This document shows, piece by piece, positions 9,425 through 18,900 of a DNA stretch of 22,389 bases; within the stretch, counting starts at the first letter, position 1; every line of letters starts with the position of its first letter. Source of the DNA: a virus (lineage: Duplodnaviria; Heunggongvirae; Uroviricota; Caudoviricetes); the IMG/VR virus record IMGVR_UViG_3300031992_000063, positions 1 to 22,389 of that record; one strand, 5' to 3'. The notes beneath the pieces were generated by a model, which was given only the letters and a program-made list of their open reading frames with translations, was not told the origin of the DNA and searched no databases. Both the position numbers and the translations under genes were made by a program.

Positions 9425-9623
9425 TTCAATTCAGTAGGTACGCGGCATGATGGAGGCTATGCGGCAAAGCCCCAATCCACAAGACTACATCATGCGTTAT
9501 TTGGGGCAAAATCCAGCATTATTAAAAGCCGTATAGCAAGGTAATTTACAAACCATAGCAGAACAAATGGCGCGGGAACGCGGCATTGATTTAAACGATC
9601 TTATTCATCAACTAGGAGGCTAA
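9363..9623 (+). CDS. Gln/Met-rich helical hypothetical protein, 86 aa; code 15
   Basis: SD GGAGGA 9349-9354; MPNLISQMRNG...ARERGIDLNDLIHQLGG; TAG=Q at 9435 and 9534, both adjacent to CAG/CAA; ends TAA; overlaps the previous gene by 62 nt. Confidence 0.78.
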
Positions 9624-9627
9624 TATT

Positions 9628-9909
9628 ATGAATTACATTAAATTTAACGATTTACAGTGCCAAGTTATTTCCTTTAACAAATATACCAATTTTGATGAAA
9701 ATGGTATGACTGGTTCTTGTAATTGCCAGGTTCTAACTGATAATGTTACTGGACTACAGGAACTTGGACTTAGCCCCATCACTTCTCTTCAAATTCTACA
9801 TGAAGACGAAGTAATCTACAACCTACAAAACATTTCCGCAAAGGTAACCTCTATCAATGAATATCTCGCCGATAATCATATTGATATTAACCTAACAATC
9901 ACCTTCTAA
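9628..9909 (+). CDS. Hypothetical protein, 93 aa
   Basis: SD AGGAGG 9614-9619; no TAG; ends TAA and is followed by a terminator. Confidence 0.75.
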   Translation: MNYIKFNDLQCQVISFNKYTNFDENGMTGSCNCQVLTDNVTGLQELGLSPITSLQILHEDEVIYNLQNISAKVTSINEYLADNHIDINLTITF

Positions 9910-9914
9910 TTCTC

Positions 9915-9947
9915 AAGTGCGAATGAAAATTCGCACTTATTTTTTTT
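9915..9947 (+). terminator. Intrinsic (rho-independent) terminator
   Basis: AAGTGCGAAT-GAAA-ATTCGCACTT, a perfect 10-bp stem with GNRA loop, followed by A and T8. Confidence 0.85.
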
Positions 9948-10057
9948 ACACTTGTGAGAACAACTACCTAAATTATTTTTTAATACTCTTACATTTCCAT
10001 TGATAAGAGAAGTCTTGTCGCTTCCCTAAATAATAAAATATAAAGAGGTTGATTAGT

Positions 10058-10762
10058 ATGGGTGAAAATGGATTAACTGCTTCTGATGTTGCTCTACTTA
10101 GCGGCAATAATAATGGCGGATTTGGCGATGGAAATGGTTGGGGCGGTCTAATCTGGCTTTTCGCAATCATTGCTATGTTTAATGGCGGCTGGGGCGGCGG
10201 CTTCGGCGGCAATCGCGGAGGCTATCAACCACAGTATGCTACCCAAGACTTCGTTCAGAATGGTTTTAACTTTAATGACCTCCAGTCTCAGAACCGTGAT
10301 TTGATGGCGGCCATTACCTCTGGCGCAGCTCAGGCTGTAGCAGCTACCAATCAGGCTAAGTATGACAATATCAATGTTGAGAAAGATATCCAAGCCGCTC
10401 TCACAGCTCAAATTGGCGATGTGCGCACTAATCAAATGACACTTCTAGCCAATCAGAATGATTGCTGCTGCTCAACAAAGATGGCACTAATGGATGGCTT
10501 CAATGGCGTAAATGCTGGTATCGCTCAGGCTCGTTATGAGAACGCAATGAATACCGCTTCTATTAACCAGACCACCAATGCTGGCGTACAGAAGATTATT
10601 GATGCTATCACTGGCAATCGTATGGCTGATATGCAGAACCAAATCAACCAACTACAGCTACAGAACGCTCTAAATGGAGTTGTTCGTTATCCAAATGGTT
10701 GGACCTATAATGCAGGTAATAGTCCTTTTTGTAACGGTAACTGCAACTGCATGAATATGTAA
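10058..10762 (+). CDS. Gly/Asn/Gln/Cys-rich hypothetical protein with a hydrophobic N-terminal segment, 234 aa
   Basis: ATG 10058 after AGAGGT; GWGGLIWLFAIIAMFNGGWGGGFGG segment, CCC motif, C-terminal CNGNCNC; 20 Gln codons and no TAG. Confidence 0.8.
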   Translation: MGENGLTASDVALLSGNNNGGFGDGNGWGGLIWLFAIIAMFNGGWGGGFGGNRGGYQPQYATQDFVQNGFNFNDLQSQNRDLMAAITSGAAQAVAATNQAKYDNINVEKDIQAALTAQIGDVRTNQMTLLANQNDCCCSTKMALMDGFNGVNAGIAQARYENAMNTASINQTTNAGVQKIIDAITGNRMADMQNQINQLQLQNALNGVVRYPNGWTYNAGNSPFCNGNCNCMNM

Positions 10763-10811
10763 AAAACACATGAGTACATTGAGTGTATCTGTTTTTTAAA
10801 TAGTTTAGGGC

Positions 10812-10843
10812 GGGCACTCATGTTATGAGTGCCCAATTTTTTT
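10812..10843 (+). terminator. Intrinsic terminator between the 10058 and 10864 genes
   Basis: GGGCACTCAT-GTT-ATGAGTGCCC 10-bp stem followed by AA and T7. Confidence 0.75.
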
Positions 10844-10863
10844 ATTTACGGGAGGAATTAATA

Positions 10864-11277
10864 ATGATACAATTATATAGCGATGGTCTTACAGTTGCCG
10901 CTGGCGCAACTATTCCACTTAATAATGTAAGTTATTTTAAGGGTAATTCCGCTACTCATACTGCGCCCGCGACAGTTGATTTAATGAAACGCGGCGTATA
11001 TCTAGTCCAAGTAGATGCTTATGGCATCCCTGATGCCGCAGGAACCTTTGGCGTTCAAGTTGCCGTCAATGGCGTTCCTCGCCTCGACGCTATTAATGAA
11101 GATACCGCCGCAGTAGGCGAATATGGTTCCGTTTCTACCAAATGCTTGGTAACAGTAGCGCAAAATGACTGTCCTTGTAATTGCGTCTCTGCTCCAACCG
11201 CCGTTACCATTGTTAATCCAAGCGAAGTTGGCGCAACGGACGCTCATTATAATGTAATAGTTTCTAAGCTTTGCTAA
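10864..11277 (+). CDS. Small all-beta protein, possibly BclA-CTD/C1q-TNF-like jelly roll, 137 aa
   Basis: SD GGGAGGA; alternating beta-strand pattern with GVYLVQVDAY and a CPCNC motif; fold assignment is pattern-based inference. Confidence 0.55.
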   Translation: MIQLYSDGLTVAAGATIPLNNVSYFKGNSATHTAPATVDLMKRGVYLVQVDAYGIPDAAGTFGVQVAVNGVPRLDAINEDTAAVGEYGSVSTKCLVTVAQNDCPCNCVSAPTAVTIVNPSEVGATDAHYNVIVSKLC

Positions 11278-11291
11278 GGAGGGAATGTACT

Positions 11292-12089
11292 ATGGCACAA
11301 GCAAATCAAGAAGTACAGCAACTCTACTCCGAGCTAATTAATAGAATGAAACAAGGTGTAGAGATGCACGAACAGTTAGCAGACTATTATGGATTTCTTA
11401 ATTTACCCGGCTATCAAAAATGCCATGAGTATCAAATGCTTTGTGAATTACTAACCTACCGCAAGGCGAAGGATATGTATATGCGCGAATATAACCAGTT
11501 AGTATCTCCTAATATGATGGCTTTTACTACTGGTATGAATAATAACATGAATAACAATAACAATAATCAAAAGAATATGTCTAATAATAATAACAATAAT
11601 AATAGCAATTTTTCCTATAACAATATGAACTATACCAATGTAATTCCTCAGAACTGGTATTCTCATACTCGTTATGAAGTTGATGCCAATACCAAACGTA
11701 CCGCAGTACATGATGGCTTCAAGAAATGGATTGACTATGAGAAAGATACTAAACAATATTTATTAGACATGGCTCAGCGGCTAGAGCAAGCTAATGAACG
11801 TGAGGCCGCGCGAAAACTTGATTATCTAATTGACCATGTTGAAAAAGAAATTGAGCACGCTGAAGAAAAGGTAATGGCACTTGAAAATAGTGGCTATGAT
11901 ATGAACTACATTCTCCAGCAACAAGATAAATTAAAGTCCAAATATGCTAAAAAAATCCGCGAATTAAATAACAGTGATTATCAGTATCGTCGCCGTGGTG
12001 CTGGTAATTACGCAAATTATAATTATGATGATGACGAAGATTATGAATACGGAAAACATAATCCTCGCTATTATCATTATGATGAATAA
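11292..12089 (+). CDS. Putative ferritin-like four-helix-bundle protein with poly-Asn insert and Tyr/Asp-rich tail, 265 aa
   Basis: SD AAGGAGGG; helix spacing LADYYGFLNLPGYQKCHEYQMLCE ... WIDYEKDTKQYL ... LIDHVEKEIEHA parallels the ferritin A/B, C and D helices; 18 Gln codons and no TAG. Confidence 0.6.
   Translation: MAQANQEVQQLYSELINRMKQGVEMHEQLADYYGFLNLPGYQKCHEYQMLCELLTYRKAKDMYMREYNQLVSPNMMAFTTGMNNNMNNNNNNQKNMSNNNNNNNSNFSYNNMNYTNVIPQNWYSHTRYEVDANTKRTAVHDGFKKWIDYEKDTKQYLLDMAQRLEQANEREAARKLDYLIDHVEKEIEHAEEKVMALENSGYDMNYILQQQDKLKSKYAKKIRELNNSDYQYRRRGAGNYANYNYDDDEDYEYGKHNPRYYHYDE
11536..11635 (+). repeat. AAT/AAC low-complexity tract encoding poly-Asn
   Basis: MNNNMNNNNNNQKNMSNNNNNNNSNFSYNNMN. 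Confidence 0.85.
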
Positions 12090-12097
12090 GGTATAAT

Positions 12098-12457
12098 ATG
12101 ATTAGAGTAGTTTAGCGGCGCCTAATTATACCACGCGGCGATACGGGTACATTTACTCTTCCTATACTTCCTGGGACAGAGGCAGGAGATGTCGCGGTCT
12201 TCTCTATATATGACCCTTTACATAAGGAAGTAATATTTTAGAAATTATGCGCACAGGAAGATAATGGTTTTACAGTTAATTTTACTCATGAAGATACAGT
12301 AAAATTAGAGCCAAGTAATTCTTATGCTTGGGATGTAAAAGTATACCATAATCCGGAATATGAAAATGGATCTATTATTCCGGTAAGCGGCGAAATTATT
12401 AACTCTTATTACGCCGCGTTTAGTCTTCCTACTTGTGAAGTGCGTGAATTTTCGTAA
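12098..12457 (+). CDS. BppU-N-like baseplate/tail accessory protein, 119 aa; code 15
   Basis: MIRVVQRRLIIPRGDTGTFTLP...YAWDVKVY; the RGDT and YxWDV pattern resembles BppU N-terminal-type domains; TAG=Q at 12113 and 12239; TAATG overlap with the next gene. Confidence 0.65.
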
Positions 12458-12924
12458 TGTATATAGATACAAGACATAGAACTAGGGATTTACTGTTAGA
12501 GTATGATACAAGTATCATGCCATTGCATCCTCGCGCCGGAGGACTTGCAATGGTATATCCCTGGGGTAACAATAATGATAGTGACACAGCAATGCCACCT
12601 TTTCCTGATTTATCTGCTATAAAGTTAATTTATCCTTGGTCTATGCAAGAATTAACAATCATGGGCGACTGGCTATTTGCTTTAGCCGCGAGTAGTGGAT
12701 ATAAAGGAACCAGAACTGAATTTTATGCTAATTTTGGCTCATATCTTGAAAACAATAAACAAGAAATTGTGTTTGACACATATGAAAAATTTCCTCAAAT
12801 TGGCGCGCAAGATATGTTATATTTTGACCTTGACAAAAAAATCTTATATTATTGGGATGGAGAATACATTCCAGTCAACGCTATGTTGATTACTGAGACG
12901 ATTTTGAATGGAGGTGAGGCTTGA
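12457..12924 (+). CDS. Hypothetical structural-region protein, 155 aa
   Basis: Coupled by TAATG and TGATG overlaps; C-terminal FPxIGxxxxLYxD motif also seen in the 15436 gene; no TAG. Confidence 0.72.
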   Translation: MYIDTRHRTRDLLLEYDTSIMPLHPRAGGLAMVYPWGNNNDSDTAMPPFPDLSAIKLIYPWSMQELTIMGDWLFALAASSGYKGTRTEFYANFGSYLENNKQEIVFDTYEKFPQIGAQDMLYFDLDKKILYYWDGEYIPVNAMLITETILNGGEA

Positions 12925-13628
12925 TGGCGACTAATACAGTAAAAGTTACTTTACAAATTAGGCACGATGAAGCGCAAGATTGGGTTACAAGAAATCCGGT
13001 ACTTGCAGCAGGCGAATATGGTTTAGAAACTGATACTTTCTTAATTAAAATAGGCGACGGGGTGCGCGATTGGGCCCACCTCTCCTATTTAAATAAATTT
13101 GATGCGTCATACTTTAAGTACGATGCAGAAAATGATTAGTACACTTTTAGCGATGAATTTATGAATAAAATTCATACGCTAGAAGCCGCCGCAGGTGAGG
13201 CAATTACTTAGTTAATAGTAACCGAGCCTCCAGTTAATGACACCGATGTACCTAATAAAAAGTACGTTGACGATGCTATTGCAGCCGCGGGCCATTTACA
13301 TCGCGAGGTTGTTTCTACTTTACCTGATGCGGCAGATGCCGACCCAAATACTCTTTACATGATGCTTTCAACTGATGGCTCTCATTATGAAGAGTATATG
13401 GTAATAAATGGTGTCTGGGATATGGTTGGTAGTACCGGCGATGGTACTGGTGGCGCCTTTATATTAGAGGTAGCAACAAACGCGCGATTGGGCGGCGTTA
13501 AGTCATCTACTGATGATGATTATATTTCAGTATAGCCAGATGGATTTATGACATTGAATAAAGTTTCAACTACAAAATTGTATGTGCCAACGGGAGATAC
13601 GTTGGTGATATACGGAGGTACAGCTTAA
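12924..13628 (+). CDS. Tail-fibre-type protein with Mtd_N/hyaluronidase-N-like N-terminal domain, 234 aa; code 15
   Basis: LQIRHDEAQDWVTRNPVLAAGEYGLETDTFLIKIGDG matches the Mtd_N pattern; TAG=Q at 13137, 13209, 13533; ends TAA 13626-13628. Confidence 0.8.
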
Positions 13629-13642
13629 GGAGGTGAAGGGCA

Positions 13643-15403
13643 ATGGCGGAAAATGTCTTGGAGACGAAGATTTAGCTACGGTATGGGACATATAGCTAGT
13701 GGATGAATAGTAATGTTATTTTGATGCAAGGTGAAGCCGCCATTTGCGCTTTTCCTAATGATAGAGTAATAGATGGATTATCAAATACTACTCCTGAAAA
13801 TACTCCACCAGCAATTGGCATTAAAATTGGTGATGGTAGATCTTATTTTTATCAGCTCCCTTGGGTATAGGCAATTGCTGCTGATGTATATAGATGGGCA
13901 AAATCAGAAAATAAACCAATATATACCGCAAATGAAATCAGCGGATTGCAAAGTTTTATAGAGGAAAATTTTCATCTAAGTGGCGATATTACTATTGCTC
14001 CTAGAATATATTAGATTATTTAGGGAACAAATGAAAATGAAAATAAATACTATTTACGTTATAAGGAAAACAACGAAGATGGTCAATGGATTATTGATAC
14101 AAATCATCCAATTGATTTAACCAATTATGCACAAATTGCTGAATGGATTGGTGATTTAACAGAGAGGTATCCAACTTTAGGCACATTCACTGCAACTTAG
14201 ACAGGGCGTTTAATTGGTAATTTAAATTATACTGATAATGCTCAATCTAATAAGTTTGTTACTAGTGTATCTGAAGAGGGAGGTATTATTTCTGTTGAAC
14301 GAGCGTAGCCAAATTTTAATAACCTTGCTGGTAATGCTACTGTATTATAGGGTGGAACTGGCCGTACTAGCTTAGCAGAAAATAATGTATTAGTAGGTAA
14401 TGGGACTGAATAGGTAAATTTAATACCAATTGCTGAAACGATTGCCGCTAACAATCATTTAGTTCCAAACTATTTAATTAAAGCTTATGTAGATAATGCT
14501 ACTGCTGGATTAACTGGAGCTATGCATTTTATTGGTGAAGCCACCGTTGCTATTACTCCTAATAGTAATATAGATCCTCGTATTGAAAATTATATTTTTT
14601 AGCAAGCTCAACCTGGCGATGTTATTTTATCTGAGGCAAAAGAATTTGTTTGGACAGGCGGTAACTGGCATTTATTAGGTGATGAAAGTAGCTATGCTAT
14701 TAAAGGCACTATTCGAGATGCTGATATTTCTCCAGAAGCAGAAATTCAATAGAGTAAAATTGCGGGGTTAGATGCTACCTTTGACACAAAAGTTAATAAA
14801 GAAGAAGGAAAAAGTTTAACTTCTAACGATTTTACAGATTAGTTAAAGGAAAAATTAGATAATATAGATGAAAATGCTCAACGGAATACAATTGAGCATA
14901 TTTTATTAAATGGGATTGAAATTCGTCCTACTACTATCGAATCACTTGAAAAAAGTGTTAATATAGAAATAGCAGAATTTGATGAAGATTCACAAAATAA
15001 ATTAGCAAATATTGAAAAAGAAGCTTAGGTTAATAAAATTGAACATATCGTTTATGATGGAGTGGCTTTAACACCAGATAGTAATAAAACTATTACTATC
15101 ATTCCAGATCCTCATAACGAGCATATTAATAAAATTGAATCAATTTATGTAAATGATATAGAATGGATTCCTAATAAAGATAAAGAAGTTCATATTATAA
15201 TAGACCAAGCAGCTCTAAACTTAAATGTTCTTGAAGGAGCACAAATTCCTGCTATAGTAGGAACAAATAAAGAAGAAGTAGAGCAAATTTCCAAAAAACT
15301 TCAACTAGCACGTATCGCTGTTAGTGGAGATGTTAAAGAATTAAAGCAAACAACAGATACATATATTATTTTAGACTGCGGTGATAGCACCACAGTCATT
15401 TAA
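13643..15403 (+). CDS. Tail-fibre-type protein with divergent Mtd_N-like N-terminus, 586 aa; code 15
   Basis: SD AAGGAGGTGA; KIQLRYGTYSQW...GE...KIGDG; 13 TAG=Q; contains MHFIG...LGDESSY and KEEGKSLTSNDFT motifs; joins listed ORF 15062-15403. Confidence 0.8.
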
Positions 15404-15435
15404 CTTGCTTGGAATGATAGCAAGGAGGTCTTTTT

Positions 15436-15981
15436 ATGGCAACAGCAAATAATACCATAAAGACGAGAATTCGGTTGAAAAGCGATACCGAAGCTAATTG
15501 GAATAAAGCCGGTCCTAGGGACGGGTCTAACGGTTTCGTACCGCTTGCGGGTGAGCTCATCGTCTATTCTGCCGATGCTGCTCACCCTTTTTCTCGTTTA
15601 AAGGTTGGAGATGGAAGTACAAATGTTACAGCACTTCCATTTATAGATTCAGGGACCTTGAATGGAAATGAAACCGAGATTGTTAAAAAAGCAAGCTTTG
15701 CAGCATTTCCATCACCGGGTTCAGAAGATAAGTTATATGTTGACTTATCAACAAATAGAATATATCATTATGCCGCTAGTAGTGGATATACTTAGCTTTC
15801 TAATTTTGAATTTAATGTAGCTAAAGCAACTACAGGAAGTGTTGTAAGTTGGCTTCCTGGTGTTACTACTACAGCAACAATTGAAAATAATGTATTTAAA
15901 GTAACAAATGGAATGCTCCCAGAATTATTATGGGAGAAGAAAACAGTGGTAACTGATATCACTAAGAAGGAGGAAGAATAA
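15436..15981 (+). CDS. Mtd_N-like domain protein, 181 aa; code 15
   Basis: SD AAGGAGGT; RIRLKSDTEANW...GELIVY...LKVGDG; one TAG=Q at 15793; ends TAA overlapping the next ATG. Confidence 0.8.
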
Positions 15982-17126
15982 TGGCAGGTTATATAGGAAA
16001 AGTATAGATTGCTGGTCAAAATCCAGTATTAATCGGCTCAACATTATACGGTGTGTGCGAAACACCGGCAAATCAGGCCGCAAAAACTGTAGTAGACAAT
16101 TCTTAGAATACTTATGCGGATTATATTAATGCTAATTATGATAGTTTATTTAGCGGCACGACTATACATGTTAAATTCGCGCAAGGAAATACAGTTACTA
16201 CTGGAGTAACATTATTAGTAGGTACTACTACAGTAGCTAAAAATGTATCTGGAATACCCGTCTGCGATGCTGGTACAATCCTAAGCTTTACATTAGACGA
16301 AACTGAAACTTGGGTTGCTAATGATAATGTAGATACAAATACAGAGTATGTATTCAAGACAGCATATAATGCTTCTACGAATAGAGTGCTCGGTGAAGCA
16401 GACGTTGGCGATGCCGCGGAAAAAGGTGTTGTAACCAATTTAACAGGCAATACTTCAAGCACTGATTTACCTACTGCCGCAGCAGTTGCCGCGTATGTAT
16501 AGGAGCAAACTGGCGGCTTAAGTGGCTTAACAGGAGCAATGCACTTTAGAGGCAATGTAAATCCATTGCCTGATGCTACAGATACCAGTACTTATAATGA
16601 CTATATTTCTGGTGACGTTGTGCTTGGTCCTAATGATAAAGAATATGTTTATCTAAAAGGAGATAGCGCGGCAAATTCACGCTGGATTGAGTTAGGTGAC
16701 GAAGGAAGTTATGTGCTTTAGACGAGTCAAACAACTGATGTGATTGATGAGGTTACTAGTTGGAATGCTGGCACATTGCCACAACTAACTGTAACAGATA
16801 CTGCAGTATCAAATGTAACTACAACCCCAGGTACTGCCGCGTAGCTTACGCCGCAATAGGTAACGGTACCTAATGTAACATAGGCAGGTACAGCAACTAC
16901 CGCTTCTGTAAGTGCAGGTATTTTAAATATAAATATTGGTACTAATACTACATTAGGCGACGCAGTGTAGTTTGATGCGATTGGTTCTTGGACTGCTAAT
17001 ACTCCAACTGCAGTTACTGCTACTCCTGTAACAGTTGGGTCAGCAAGTGGATGGGATGCGGGAGCATTATCTTCATTAACGCAAACTCCTACAACCGTTG
17101 TAGTTCCAGTCGCGGCAACTCCATAA
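15981..17126 (+). CDS. Tail-fibre-like protein (HVKF domain plus MHFxG module), 381 aa; code 15
   Basis: SD AAGGAGG within the upstream gene; 8 TAG=Q; LYGVC..TIHVKF and AMHFRG..ELGDEGSY modules shared with neighbouring genes; ends TAA 17124-17126. Confidence 0.78.
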
Positions 17127-17139
17127 GAGGTGAAATGAG

Positions 17140-18888
17140 ATGGCAAATATAATTGAACGAGTTAAAGTAGGTGGCACTGTACATGATATTGCCTCTACAG
17201 CATATAGAGTAAGTTCTTAGGCCGCGAATGATCCAGAAAAAACTATAAACATAGATGGCTTCGCGCTTGAAACAGGTGTAACCATTCATGTAAAATTTGC
17301 TAATGCAAATACTGCTCCAAATCCTACATTAACAGTATCTGGAAGCGGTTCAACTGGAAATAGTGCCGTGCCAATTGTCGGACGTACTGTTTGGCCTGCA
17401 GGGGCATTATTTACACTAACCTATGATGGAACTAATTGGGTATAGGATTATGATGAAATTATTACCAATGGTATTACTGGTAGCGGTACTAGTGGCAGCT
17501 TAGTAAAATTTAATGGTACAAATAGTATTACAAATGGTCCAGCATTAGGCAATGATGCTACAAAATTCTTAAATAATAAAGGTGAATGGGTAACTCCAAA
17601 TTATACTACTAATACTGATGAGAAGGTAACACAAACTGGAATTACATCTAATGCCGAATATTCTATTCTTTTAAAACATAGCACCGGTACAACTGATGAA
17701 ACAACTGGTGTTAATTATGGAAAAACTTCTAATAAGTTAGTAACTATTAATCCCAGTACTGGTAGGATTACCGCGCCCGGTGGATTAGAAGGTAATGCCT
17801 CTACGGCGAGTGAGCTTTCATCAAATACATCAATAACATTATCGGGTGATGTTTCTGGTAGTGTAAGTGCAAAAAAAGATTGGAATATTACCACTACTAT
17901 TGGAGAAGGCAAAGTTACTAATGCAATGTTAGCCGGTTCTATTACTAATAATAAATTAGCTAATCATAGTATTACAATCGGTAATGTTACTAAAAATTTA
18001 GGTGAAACTTTTACACTTGATGAACTTGGTATTTCTGCCGCAATGCACTTTAAAGGCACCACTACAACTGCTTTATCTGATGACGCAACGACAAGTCCAA
18101 TTACAATTAATAGTAAGGATTACACTCCAAATTCTGGTGATGTTGTACTTTATAGCGGGAAGGAATATGTGTGGACTGGTAGTGCTTGGGAACAATTAGG
18201 AGATGAAAGTTCTTGGGCGTTAAATAGTGAAGTAATTAAAAATACAGGTTCTAAAGGTGATATTCTTTATTGGTCTGATACTAATACTCCTACGCGCTTA
18301 GCTAAGGGTAATAATGGTTAGGTATTAAAAATTAATAGTAATGGTGTACCGGCTTGGAGTACAGATAATAATGATAATACAAAAGTAACATAGAATATAC
18401 TTACGACAAGTGCTACGGATACTTATCCATTGTTGGTTTCTTATTATAAAACTACTGGGACCGATGCTTCAGCGACTACCGCCTAGACAGCTAATAGAGT
18501 TGCTGCAATTTATGTATAGCCATCTACTGGTACACTTACAGCTACTAAATTTGTAGGCGATGGCTCAGGAATTACCAATTTATCTGCTACTGCAATTAAA
18601 ACAGCATTGGATACTGGTTCTACTTCCGATCCAATCTTTTTACATAAAAGCGGGGCTTGGAAAACTTTAAAAGTAAGCGTTACTGCTAATAATAATGGTT
18701 CAGTTGTTACAAATGTAGGATTTAATTAGGGTGCATTTCCTACTTTAAGTGGTGGAGTAGCAACTAAAGCAGAAGTAGTTAATGCTGTATTAGAAATAAC
18801 TGCTGGCAGCAATGCTTCTTTAAGTACCGGTACCTTACCATCTTTAGGCACAATAAGTAGAGCAAATCTTACAGTAAGTTATACATAA
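17140..18888 (+). CDS. Tail-fibre-like protein, 582 aa; code 15
   Basis: SD AGAGGTGA; 7 TAG=Q; TIHVKF..NPTL..YDGTNWV, GNASTA and LSGDVSGS fibre motifs; joins listed ORF 17926-18321; ends TAA 18886-18888. Confidence 0.8.
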
Positions 18889-18900
18889 GGCGGTGATTAA

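Noticed and set aside
9948-10057. Sporulation-sigma or sigmaA promoter for the TAG-free cluster
   Set aside because: Only weak matches (TTTACA-N18-TAAATT) and small hairpins; no convincing consensus
11536-11635. CRISPR array or non-coding satellite
   Set aside because: In-frame Asn codon tract with no repeat-spacer periodicity
15404-15435. CTTGCT/AGCAAG hairpin overlapping the SD of the 15436 gene
   Set aside because: A 6-bp stem with a 9-nt loop is too weak to call as a terminator or translational switch
12924-15981. Diversity-generating retroelement suggested by Mtd_N-like domains
   Set aside because: Mtd_N is a generic fibre anchor domain; no reverse transcriptase and no TR/VR pair differing at adenines was seen in the window
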